From an uncultured Candidatus Saccharibacteria bacterium (GTDB taxonomy: Bacteria; Patescibacteriota; Minisyncoccia; Phycocordibacterales; UBA2100): a DNA stretch of 45,827 nucleotides. The stretch lies in contig CAYQQI010000002.1 of NCBI GenBank assembly GCA_964419595.1, positions 1 through 45,827 of the forward strand, in the 5' to 3' direction. The notes under the pieces are model-generated. The model had not been told where the DNA came from. It ran no database searches and worked only from the letters and a program-made list of their open reading frames with translations. Positions 19,760 through 28,358 of this stretch are shown in pieces (positions within the stretch are counted from its first letter, which is position 1; every line of letters starts with the position of its first letter). The position numbers and the translations under genes are program-made.

Positions 19760-22700
19760 AATCTTACGATCACAAAAAGATCGAGAAAAAGTGGCAGCGT
19801 CAATGGCAGACAGACGGCGCATATAAAACAGATACCGATACATCGAAACCGAAATATTATGTGCTCGACATGTTCCCGTATCCCTCGGGCGCAGGATTGC
19901 ACGTAGGACACCCGAAAGGATACATCGCCTCCGACATCGTTGCTCGAAAGAAGAGAATGGAAGGGTATCGTGTACTCCATCCGATGGGCTGGGATGCGTT
20001 CGGGCTTCCGGCAGAAAATTACGCCATCAAAACAGGCACACCTCCGCAGCAAACAACCGATGAGTCGATAAAAACATTTAAATCTCAGATATCGAATCTT
20101 TCACTCTCATACGATTGGGATCGAGAAATAGGCAGTCACCGCCCGGACTATTATCGCTGGACCCAGTGGCTTTTTACGAAATTCTTCGAGAAGGGACTCG
20201 TGTATAAGAAGAAGGCGCTCGTGAATTGGGACCCGGTGGACCAAACGGTTCTTGCGAACGAACAGGTGCTGCCCGACGGTACAGCGGAGCGTTCGGGAGC
20301 GGTGGTGGAAAAGAAGGACCTTGAACAATGGTTCTATAAGATCACTGACTACGCCGATGAGCTCGCGGATAGTTTGGATATTATCGACTGGCCTGAGAGC
20401 ACGAAAGTGAACCAACGGAACTGGATAGGCCGCTCTGAGGGAGCGGAAATTGATTTCGGACTCAAAATGGGTAAGCCGATGAAGTACGTATTTCTGCACG
20501 GATATAAAAGTCATGCGGACCGACCAAGACACAAATGGTATCGAGAACAGCTTGAAGCACTTGGTCACTCGGTAGTAATACCTGAACTCCCAAACACAGA
20601 TGAACCCGACGAAGGCGAGCAGGTTTCGGCTGCGTTGAATGCGGCTGAGCTCGACGAAAACACGATACTCGTCGGTCACAGCCTCGGAGGCATCGTTGCC
20701 ATGAAGGCGCTTCTAAAGTCAGGAAAGAAAATTGCCGGTCTGGTGCTCGTTGCCCCGGCTATGGGACCGTCAAAAGATAATGCTCCGAAACCGTTCCACA
20801 GTACGTTCACATGGGATATCGATCACGAGGCTATACAAAAGCAGACGCAGTACCGCGTGGTGCTTTCTGATCTTCAGGAGGTTCATCGCGTAAACTATTT
20901 GCAAGATCTGTCGGAGAAATTGGAAGCGAAGCTTATAGAGACAAAAGCGGAAGCCGCGCATTTTACCGCAGATAAAGAACCCGATGTATTGATGTGGATG
21001 CGACCGACAATTCGAGTGTTCACGACACGTCCCGACACACTATACGGCGCAACGTATTTAGTACTCGCACCCGAGCATCCATGGGTAACACTCGCGCTCG
21101 GTCACAATACGGTACTTAAAAATAACGACGAGGTGGCGGCGTATGTGGAAGCGTCAAAGAAAAAGACGGACATCGACAGACTCTCAACTGATAAGGAAAA
21201 GACGGGGGTGAGGCTCGAGGGTGTTGAGGCCGTGAACCCGGCTAATGGAGAGAAGATACCGCTGTACGTGGCAGATTATGTGCTCGCTCACTACGGCACC
21301 GGTGCAATCATGGCAGTACCCGCACACGACGAGCGCGATATGGCATTCGCCCGAAAGTACGATCTTCCCATCTCGCAAGTGGTGATGCCGGTATACGGTT
21401 CAGAAGACAAGCGACCGGATGCCGTGTTTCGAGAGACCATCAACGCAGTCGTGCGACACGACGACGGACGTCTGTTATTCCTCAAGTGGAAAGACTACAA
21501 GTGGGTTACGAACGTTATCGGCGGCGTTGAGCAAGGAGAAACATTGGAGCGCGCCGCAATTCGAGAAGTCCTTGAAGAAACAGGGTATCGGGTGCGCCCG
21601 GTATTTGTATCCCCGATAGCTATTGAGTCGCATTTTTATGCCGATCATAAAAAAGAGTGGCGCTCCCGACTTGATACTCCTATCTTGATGGAGCTTGAAA
21701 GTGACCAAAAAGGACCGCTTTCCGAAGCAGAGCGTGCACAACACGACACGGCATGGATGACATACGAGGAAGCGCTCGCGCACGGACTCTTTCATAACAA
21801 CAAACTGGCACTCGACCTCGCGTTGGGCAAGATCAGTGCCTACAGCGCGCCGCTCTACGGCGAAGGGCAGGTGCTCGTAAACTCCGAAGAATTCAACGGC
21901 ATGAGTGTGGAAGAAGGCAGGAAAGCAATTACCGAGAAGTACGGCCGCATAAAGAAAACGTACAAAATGCGCGACTGGCTTATCTCGCGACAGCGGTACT
22001 GGGGCACTCCGATTCCCATCGTGTACGACCCGGAAGGTAAAGCGCACGCGATACCGGAAGAACACTTGCCGTGGCTACTGCCAACAGACGTCGAATATCT
22101 TCCCAAAGGAACCTCGCCACTCGGGAGCTCACAAGAGCTAAAGAAGAGAACCGAGCGGATATTCGGCAAAGGCTGGACCTCGGAAATAGACACGATGGAT
22201 ACATTTGCCTGCTCCTCGTGGTATTTCTTCCGTTTTGCGGACCCGCACAACGACAAAGAATTTACGTCGAAGCAGGCGCTCGAGGACTGGTTGCCGGTTG
22301 ATCTGTACATCGGAGGAGCAGAGCACACAGTGCTTCATCTTCTCTACGCACGATTTTACACAAAAAGTCTTCGTGACATGGGCTACCTCAATTTCAATGA
22401 GCCGTTCCTCAAACTGCGACACCAGGGACTCATCATGGCGGAAGACGGACGCAAAATGAGCAAACGTTACGGCAACGTGATTAACCCTGACGACATCGTG
22501 GAGAGCTATGGAGCCGATACGCTCCGCGTGTACGAAATGTTCATGGGACCGTTCCAAGACTCCATTGCGTGGAATACGCAGAGCATGATCGGCTCTCGTC
22601 GATTCCTCGAGCGAGCGTGGCGCCTTGCGGATAAACTTGCCGAGGCGCCCGATGAATCTCATGAGCGGTTATTGCACCGGACAATCAAGAAAGTAGGGGA

Positions 22701-23118
22701 GGACATTGATGCGTTTAAGTTCAACACCGCTATTTCAACACTCATGATATTTGTGAACGAATCCGAAAAGAAGGGAGTTACTACAGACCAATACGGGCGA
22801 TTCCTGCAGATGCTCGCACCGTTTGCGCCGCATCTTGCTGAAGAGCGCTGGCACGACATCGGTCACATTGAAAGTATTCTTTCGTTCCCGATGCCAGCTT
22901 ACGACGAAGATATGCTTGAGGAAGATACGGTGACTATAGCCATCCAGATAAACGGTAAGACACGCGGCGAAGTATCTCTCCCTATGGGAACAGGAAAAGC
23001 CGAAACCGAGGCAGCGGCTGCGAGCGCAGTGGAGGCGCGACTACTCGGAAAGAAGGTGACACGCATTATCGTGGTGCCCAACAAACTGGTGAATTTCGTA
23101 ATCCAGTCGGAGGACTAA
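19756..23118 (+). CDS. leuS: Leucyl-tRNA synthetase with two inserted hydrolase-like modules (1120 aa)
   Basis: The canonical LeuRS blocks occur in the usual order: HVGH (aa 49-52), NWIGRSEGAEIDF, FTTRPDT, GTGAIMAVPAHD, RDWLISRQRYWGTPIP, KMSKR, and the C-terminal VVPNKLVNFV. Extra segments lie at aa 238-416 and aa 548-700. Confidence 0.95.
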   Translation: MKSYDHKKIEKKWQRQWQTDGAYKTDTDTSKPKYYVLDMFPYPSGAGLHVGHPKGYIASDIVARKKRMEGYRVLHPMGWDAFGLPAENYAIKTGTPPQQTTDESIKTFKSQISNLSLSYDWDREIGSHRPDYYRWTQWLFTKFFEKGLVYKKKALVNWDPVDQTVLANEQVLPDGTAERSGAVVEKKDLEQWFYKITDYADELADSLDIIDWPESTKVNQRNWIGRSEGAEIDFGLKMGKPMKYVFLHGYKSHADRPRHKWYREQLEALGHSVVIPELPNTDEPDEGEQVSAALNAAELDENTILVGHSLGGIVAMKALLKSGKKIAGLVLVAPAMGPSKDNAPKPFHSTFTWDIDHEAIQKQTQYRVVLSDLQEVHRVNYLQDLSEKLEAKLIETKAEAAHFTADKEPDVLMWMRPTIRVFTTRPDTLYGATYLVLAPEHPWVTLALGHNTVLKNNDEVAAYVEASKKKTDIDRLSTDKEKTGVRLEGVEAVNPANGEKIPLYVADYVLAHYGTGAIMAVPAHDERDMAFARKYDLPISQVVMPVYGSEDKRPDAVFRETINAVVRHDDGRLLFLKWKDYKWVTNVIGGVEQGETLERAAIREVLEETGYRVRPVFVSPIAIESHFYADHKKEWRSRLDTPILMELESDQKGPLSEAERAQHDTAWMTYEEALAHGLFHNNKLALDLALGKISAYSAPLYGEGQVLVNSEEFNGMSVEEGRKAITEKYGRIKKTYKMRDWLISRQRYWGTPIPIVYDPEGKAHAIPEEHLPWLLPTDVEYLPKGTSPLGSSQELKKRTERIFGKGWTSEIDTMDTFACSSWYFFRFADPHNDKEFTSKQALEDWLPVDLYIGGAEHTVLHLLYARFYTKSLRDMGYLNFNEPFLKLRHQGLIMAEDGRKMSKRYGNVINPDDIVESYGADTLRVYEMFMGPFQDSIAWNTQSMIGSRRFLERAWRLADKLAEAPDESHERLLHRTIKKVGEDIDAFKFNTAISTLMIFVNESEKKGVTTDQYGRFLQMLAPFAPHLAEERWHDIGHIESILSFPMPAYDEDMLEEDTVTIAIQINGKTRGEVSLPMGTGKAETEAAAASAVEARLLGKKVTRIIVVPNKLVNFVIQSED

Positions 23119-23120
23119 AT

Positions 23121-23154
23121 ACACGCAACCTGTGCGGTCGCACAGGTTGTGTGT
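23121..23154. terminator. Strong hairpin between the convergent genes leuS and cysS
   Basis: ACACGCAACCTGTGC-GGTC-GCACAGGTTGTGTGT forms a 15-bp stem including one G-T. There is no strong T tract on either side. Confidence 0.6.
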
Positions 23155-23168
23155 ATGTGGTGACACAC

Positions 23169-24725
23169 TCACTTTTTCGGTTTTCTGTACACTTTCGGAC
23201 CTTCCGGCGTGTCCTCCACGCCGAGCGCAAGCACATCGAGCTCTTCGCGCAAAGCATCTGCGGTGGTCCAATTTTTTTCGGCACGTGCCGTTTCTCGTCG
23301 TGTGATGATGTCGGATATCTGTGCCGTTACTTCATTTTCCGAGAGGTAGTCGCGTACCTCTGCCTTTGCAAGAGCAAGAGCAGCGCTATCGGGTATAGCA
23401 AGATTGAGTCCCAACACTCGGTCCGCATCGAGGAGTGTTGCCAATCGTATGCCTTGGCCGAGTGTTTCGTCTTTAACCATTTCCCAGATGATAGCGAGTG
23501 CCCCCGCAGTATCAAGATCGTCATTGATGCGCTCGTGGAACTTGGTGCGATACTCCTCGGATACAACTCCCGGCTCGTCTGTGAATGAAAGACGAGCAGC
23601 TACAAGACGGGAATATGCATTTTGAGCGGCTGTAAGCGCTTCGTAGGTAAAATTCATCGATGTGCGGTAATGCGCACCGAGGAACAAGTACCGAAGTGCA
23701 AGCGGGTGGTAGCCCTTCTCGTGAATATCGGAAAGATAGATAACAGCACCTTTTGACTTTGCGATCTTGCCGCCGTTGATCTGAATATGTGCGCGGTGCA
23801 ACCAAAAGCGCGAGAGGGGCTTTTTGCCGGTTGCCGCCTCTGACTGTGCTATCTCATTGTTGTGGTGCACCGGAATGTGTTCGATGCCACCGGTATGAAT
23901 ATCGATCTGCTCACCGAGCGTTGCGCGTATCATTGCGGAGCATTCGATGTGCCAGCCGGGAAAGCCGAGCCCCCACGGGGATTCCCAGCCTATCTTCTTG
24001 TCGCTCTTCCACAGTAGAAAGTCCGTAGGGCTTCGCTTTTCAGCGGAGACGCCGATGCGGGCACCTTCGCGGAGTCCCGTAAGATCAATATTGCCAAGCT
24101 TGCCGTAGTCCGGGAATTGTGTGGTATCAAAATACACACCGTCCTTCGTTTTGTAAGCGTAGCTCTTTTCTTCGAGCGCTCGTATCATCGCGATCTGTGC
24201 GGGGATATATTCACTGGCATAGGGAAATGTGATCTTCTTCGTGTTGATATTGAGTTCCGTGATATCGGTAAGAAAAAGCTCGGCGTACTTTTTTGCCAGT
24301 ATCGCCATGTTCTCGAGTGTCGGCTTCATGCCTTCTCGCTTCAGACCCTTGGTCATGCGGTCCTCCCCCTCGTCGGCATTACCGTCGTTGTCGCCGGAAA
24401 GGTGTCCGAAGTCTGTAAAGTTGATGACCTGCTTTACAGAGAAGTTGTTGTACTCGAGTGTTCGTCGGAGCACATCGGTGAAAATGAACATCGAAAGATT
24501 GCCGATATGCTGGCGGCCGTACACCGTCGGGCCGCAGTTATACATGCGTACCGTTTTTACCCGAGGCGGGAGAGTAAAGAGCTCTTTATCCCCGGAGAGC
24601 GTGTTGTGAAGATTGAGCGTGGAAGGCTTACGTGCCTTAGCTGCGAGGCGCTGCTCGCTCCACGATCCCCCCGAGCTGATACCGAGTTCAGCAAGAAATG
24701 ACGCAACAAGCTCGGAAAATGTCAT
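23169..24725 (-). CDS. cysS: Cysteinyl-tRNA synthetase
   Basis: 518 aa with NCGPTVYGRQHIGN (HIGH region), GFPGWHIECSAM, and KIAKSKG (KMSKS). About 35 extra N-terminal residues precede the first conserved block. Confidence 0.93.
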   Translation of the reverse strand: MTFSELVASFLAELGISSGGSWSEQRLAAKARKPSTLNLHNTLSGDKELFTLPPRVKTVRMYNCGPTVYGRQHIGNLSMFIFTDVLRRTLEYNNFSVKQVINFTDFGHLSGDNDGNADEGEDRMTKGLKREGMKPTLENMAILAKKYAELFLTDITELNINTKKITFPYASEYIPAQIAMIRALEEKSYAYKTKDGVYFDTTQFPDYGKLGNIDLTGLREGARIGVSAEKRSPTDFLLWKSDKKIGWESPWGLGFPGWHIECSAMIRATLGEQIDIHTGGIEHIPVHHNNEIAQSEAATGKKPLSRFWLHRAHIQINGGKIAKSKGAVIYLSDIHEKGYHPLALRYLFLGAHYRTSMNFTYEALTAAQNAYSRLVAARLSFTDEPGVVSEEYRTKFHERINDDLDTAGALAIIWEMVKDETLGQGIRLATLLDADRVLGLNLAIPDSAALALAKAEVRDYLSENEVTAQISDIITRRETARAEKNWTTADALREELDVLALGVEDTPEGPKVYRKPKK

Positions 24726-24751
24726 TCGCGTATTGTACTAGCTGGCCAGTA

Positions 24752-25663
24752 CTAGAGCCACTTTTTGCGAGTGAAGTACCAGTACAGGAAGCTTCCGCTG
24801 AGAACCACCATGCCTACGATGTACCAGAACCCATTCTCAATGTGCGAGAAGGGATTGCCTGTGCCGTGAAAGTCTGCAATTGCTACAGCGAGGGTGAGCG
24901 GGAAGGTGAGCAATGCCATCACGGTAAGTACGCGCATCGTTTCGTTCTGCTTGGTGGTAAGGAGCGAATTATTTGTCTCGCGCAGCTCATGGAGCGACTC
25001 GGTATTACGCATGATGTGGTTGTGCACGCGGTAGTACTCGTTCGACATACCTTTCAGGAACGGTATGAATTCCGAACCGAAGATCTTCGCACCGTTGTTC
25101 TCGAGATCGTGCAGCACTTCGCGGTGAGGTTCGATGGTCTGACGCAGATTCAATAAGTCGCGAGCACTTCTTGAAATTGCCTGCACCATTTCCACCTCAA
25201 GACCGGTAAATATGTGTTCTTCTATCTGGGAGAGTTCACGGCGAATGTACTCACCCTCGTGATCGATAGCTTTGTAGAGATTCTTGAGCATGTAGAACAG
25301 TACGAACCCGGCGTGCTCGCTTATGTGAGAACGGTCGAGCAGGCTATTGGTCTCAAATATTTTTGAAAACTTGTGAAGCGGATCGACGGTGTCGTAATGA
25401 GTCGTAATGATAAACTTCTCACCGACAACAAAGTCCACCTCTTGCTCTTTCGTTTTTCTTCCGTGACGTAGCGCAGGAAAATGTAGTATGAGATACATCC
25501 ACTTGTCGGTGAATTCAACGCGGGGCTTCAGTGATGGGAGGAGTAGCTCCTCGGCCGTTTGATGATCCAAATTGAACTCAACAGCAATATCGGCAACCTC
25601 TTTTGGACTGGGCGACTGCAGGTCGATCCAGGTAACGCCGTTGTGCGAATGTCTCGCGATCAT
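24752..25663 (-). CDS. CorA-family divalent-cation transporter-like protein (non-canonical pore motif)
   Basis: 303 aa with a cytoplasmic domain and two C-terminal TM helices (LTVMALLTFPLTLAV ... FWYIVGMVVLSGSFLYWYF). FHGTGNPF stands where YGMNF is expected. Confidence 0.75.
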   Translation of the reverse strand: MIARHSHNGVTWIDLQSPSPKEVADIAVEFNLDHQTAEELLLPSLKPRVEFTDKWMYLILHFPALRHGRKTKEQEVDFVVGEKFIITTHYDTVDPLHKFSKIFETNSLLDRSHISEHAGFVLFYMLKNLYKAIDHEGEYIRRELSQIEEHIFTGLEVEMVQAISRSARDLLNLRQTIEPHREVLHDLENNGAKIFGSEFIPFLKGMSNEYYRVHNHIMRNTESLHELRETNNSLLTTKQNETMRVLTVMALLTFPLTLAVAIADFHGTGNPFSHIENGFWYIVGMVVLSGSFLYWYFTRKKWL

Positions 25664-25670
25664 TGGGGTG

Positions 25671-25739
25671 ATTATATCGCATGATACCTGTCACATCGCT
25701 CACTATTCACTTTGTTGCCACGGAGTGACGTGCGATAAT
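25671..25739. promoter_or_regulatory. Divergent promoter pair for the corA-like gene (minus) and the S41 peptidase gene (plus)
   Basis: On the minus strand, TATAAT (25676-25671) lies 7 nt before the ATG at 25663. On the plus strand, TGcGATAAT (25731-25739) lies 6 nt before the ATG at 25746. Confidence 0.55.
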
Positions 25740-25745
25740 GCCTCG

Positions 25746-27020
25746 ATGCAAAACGGTAGGGTTGTTCCTTTGAGCTCCGCAATAGCGCTCGGTATTCTGA
25801 TACTTATCATCGGACTCGTGGGAGGATTCGAGATGGCAGCGTCGCGCTCCCACGTATCACTCACCAGTGTGCAGCAACCGGAAGGAGTCGATTTTTCTCC
25901 CGTGTGGAAAGCGTGGCAAGTTATTGATCAAAAATTTGTGCCGGCTTCTGTTGCTACGAGTACGAAAGTGGCAACCACCACCGAGGGCAGGAACGATGAG
26001 CGAGTCTACGGAATGATAGAAGGACTCGCCGCGTCACTCGGGGATCCGTATACCTATTTTTTACCTCCGGTTGAGGCGACGCAATTCGCAGCAGACATGA
26101 GCGGCTTGTTTGAGGGCGTCGGAATGGAAGTGGCAATTAAAGACCAGGTACTCACAGTCGTTACACCGCTCAAAGGCACACCGGCAGAGCGTGCCGGAAT
26201 AAAGAGCGGGGACCTCATTTTAAAGATAGACGGGGAAACAACAGAGGGACTGGAAGTGGATGCTGCCATCAAACGCATTCGCGGACCAAAAGGGACGCAG
26301 GTAACGCTCTTTATTGCACGCGAGGGCTGGGCGGAGCCGCGCGACATTAAAGTGACGCGCGAAGTTATTAACGTGCCTATTGTAAATTCAACGCTCAGAC
26401 CGGACGGAGTGTTTGTGATCTCTGTCGCTACGTTCACGTCGAACTCGCCGGATCTCTTTCGTGACGCTCTACGCGAATTCGTGCTCTCGAAGTCGAACAA
26501 ACTCATCATCGACATGCGCGGAAATCCCGGCGGTTATCTGGATGCGGCGGTACAGATGGCGAGCTGGTTCATGCCTGCCGGAAAAGTCATCGTGACCGAA
26601 GATTACGCCGGTCACGCGGAGAACGTGGTGCACCGCTCCATGGGGTACGATATCTTTGACGAGAACTTGAAGCTGGTGATACTGCAGGACAAAGGTTCTG
26701 CATCTGCATCCGAAATATTTGCGGGTGCAATGCGACAGAACATGGGTGCAATATTGGTGGGAACGAACTCATTCGGCAAAGGCTCGGTACAGGAACTCGT
26801 TGATATTACATCTGACACATCGCTCAAGATCACGGTTGCTCGCTGGCTCGAGCCGGACGGTGTGCACATTCCGCTCACCGGCATCATTCCGGACTACGAG
26901 GTGAAGGTGACGGAGGAAGACATTAAGGCCGGGTATGATCCGCAGCTGAACAAGGCACTTGAATTGCTCGGCATCAAGGTGCCTCCGCGACCGGCGACAT
27001 CGACTCCCGAAACGAAGTAG
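25746..27020 (+). CDS. ctpA: S41 C-terminal processing (tail-specific) peptidase
   Basis: It has an N-terminal TM anchor, a PDZ segment (PAERAGIKSGDLILKIDG), GNPGGYLD, the catalytic region GSASASEIFAGA, and TNSFGKGSVQ. I moved the start from 25572 to remove the overlap with the corA-like gene. Confidence 0.88.
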   Translation: MQNGRVVPLSSAIALGILILIIGLVGGFEMAASRSHVSLTSVQQPEGVDFSPVWKAWQVIDQKFVPASVATSTKVATTTEGRNDERVYGMIEGLAASLGDPYTYFLPPVEATQFAADMSGLFEGVGMEVAIKDQVLTVVTPLKGTPAERAGIKSGDLILKIDGETTEGLEVDAAIKRIRGPKGTQVTLFIAREGWAEPRDIKVTREVINVPIVNSTLRPDGVFVISVATFTSNSPDLFRDALREFVLSKSNKLIIDMRGNPGGYLDAAVQMASWFMPAGKVIVTEDYAGHAENVVHRSMGYDIFDENLKLVILQDKGSASASEIFAGAMRQNMGAILVGTNSFGKGSVQELVDITSDTSLKITVARWLEPDGVHIPLTGIIPDYEVKVTEEDIKAGYDPQLNKALELLGIKVPPRPATSTPETK

Positions 27021-27042
27021 AAATCGCCCGTTCGGGCTTCAC

Positions 27043-27070
27043 TTGAACTCCTGCGCAGCGCAGTTACACT
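27043..27070 (+). promoter_or_regulatory. Promoter TTGAAC-N16-TACACT, 6 nt before the rplI ATG
   Basis: The hexamers lie at 27043-27048 and 27065-27070. The ATG is at 27077. Confidence 0.55.
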
Positions 27071-27076
27071 GTGCGG

Positions 27077-27517
27077 ATGAAAGTTATCTTCAAAAAGGAC
27101 GTGGGCGGGGTAGGGCAGCGCGGTACCGTAAAAGAGGTCTCAGACGGCTACGCGCTGAATTTTCTGATACCGAACGGAATGGCCGAGCAAGCGACCGCAG
27201 ACAAGGTGGCCGCGCATCAAAAGAATCAAAAGATAACTGAGGCGGAAACTGCTGCTCGCGAAAAAGAGTGGGCTGACATAGTTTTGCGCCTCAACGGGGC
27301 CACCTGTGAAGTGCACGCGCGTGCAAACGAAAAGGGTCATTTGTACAAACAGCTCGGACACGATGAAATAATTGCAGCTCTAAAAAAAATATTCGGCGTG
27401 ACCGTGCCGGACAACGCGATCGTACTCAGTTCACACATAAAAGCCGCCGGAGAACATTCGATTGCAATAAAACTTGGAAAAAGTACCGCAACGATGACTC
27501 TGAAAGTGTTGACCTAA
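27077..27517 (+). CDS. rplI: 50S ribosomal protein L9
   Basis: [36 protein letters not shown] is a typical L9 N-domain. The protein is 146 aa. Confidence 0.9.
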   Translation: MKVIFKKDVGGVGQRGTVKEVSDGYALNFLIPNGMAEQATADKVAAHQKNQKITEAETAAREKEWADIVLRLNGATCEVHARANEKGHLYKQLGHDEIIAALKKIFGVTVPDNAIVLSSHIKAAGEHSIAIKLGKSTATMTLKVLT

Positions 27518-27529
27518 CTACAAACAAAA

Positions 27530-27560
27530 AACCGCCCTCATAAGGCGGTTTCTTGTTTTT
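27530..27560. terminator. Bidirectional rho-independent terminator between rplI and rpmA
   Basis: AACCGCC-CTCATAA-GGCGGTT is preceded by an A tract and followed by TCTTGTTTTT. Confidence 0.7.
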
Positions 27561-27573
27561 GAATTCGAGTTCG

Positions 27574-27864
27574 TTAGGCAGCGACCTGAACCGGCAGCAC
27601 GTCAAGTACGCGTCGGACTACCGAGCGGCCGTCGAAGTTTGTCTTTCGCTGTGAGCGGAACGAAACTTTGCCGTCTACGTATGAGAAAAGGGTGTGGTCG
27701 TGTCCGACGCCGACATTCTTGCCTGCCATTATTTTGGTACCGCGTTGTCGCACGAGTACTTCGCCCGTCTTTACCATCTGACCGTCGGAGCGTTTAACGC
27801 CGAGGTACTTCGGATTTGAATCGCGTAGGTTTTTGGCTGAACCGCCAGCTTTTGTATGTGCCAT
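27574..27864 (-). CDS. rpmA: 50S ribosomal protein L27
   Basis: It contains [24 protein letters not shown]...VRQRGTK...[14 protein letters not shown]. Confidence 0.95.
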   Translation of the reverse strand: MAHTKAGGSAKNLRDSNPKYLGVKRSDGQMVKTGEVLVRQRGTKIMAGKNVGVGHDHTLFSYVDGKVSFRSQRKTNFDGRSVVRRVLDVLPVQVAA

Positions 27865-27901
27865 AGATTAGGAAATAGGTTATAGGGAACAGGTTATAGT
27901 G
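27865..27901 (-). repeat. rpmA leader with tandem CTATAACCT units (CACTATAACCTGTTCCCTATAACCTATTTCCTAATCT-ATG)
   Basis: Its architecture is the same as 8757-8792 upstream of atpG. Confidence 0.6.
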
Positions 27902-27927
27902 ATGTGCACAAACCAGACCAATAACGT

Positions 27928-28314
27928 ATGGGCAATATACAAGAACAGTGGCTGAAAATCAAGGCCCGGGCCACAGTTTTGGGAGAGGCCATTCTGGGGG
28001 ATTGGGGGCTGTTTATACTCGTTATTCTTGCCGTTACGGCCTCTTTTGGGCTCGGACGTCTTTCGGTGCTTGTAGGGGCCCAAGGGCCTATTTTGAGCCA
28101 AAATACGGCTTCTGCGGCCACATCCCAGGTAGGAGAGGCTATCCCGCCCAAAGGGGCATATGTTGGCTCAAAATCAGGTGATTTGTACTACTTTCCATGG
28201 TGCTCAGGTGCTACGAAGATAGCCCCCGAAATGAGGCGTTGGTTTGCCGACGAGAAGGCTGCGCAGAAAGCCGGGTATCGACAGGGGAAAGGGTGCCGCG
28301 GTTTGACTGAGTAG
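27928..28314 (+). CDS. Membrane-anchored protein with a C-terminal Ada-like/'sunset' Cys motif
   Basis: One TM helix (WGLFILVILAVTASFGLG) is followed by YVGSKSGDLYYFPWCSGATKI...WFADEKAAQKAGYRQGKGC. Confidence 0.5.
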   Translation: MGNIQEQWLKIKARATVLGEAILGDWGLFILVILAVTASFGLGRLSVLVGAQGPILSQNTASAATSQVGEAIPPKGAYVGSKSGDLYYFPWCSGATKIAPEMRRWFADEKAAQKAGYRQGKGCRGLTE

Positions 28315-28358
28315 CAAGTGGGACCTACCATCCGCAGGGGCTAAAAAGGGAGCGTTCG

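Noticed and set aside
20467-21855. Inteins as an explanation for the extra LeuRS length
   Set aside because: There is no Cys, Ser or Thr at the insertion N-junctions with a matching His-Asn plus nucleophile at the C-junctions, and no homing-endonuclease motifs. The inserts instead carry hydrolase signatures (GHSLGG and a NUDIX box).
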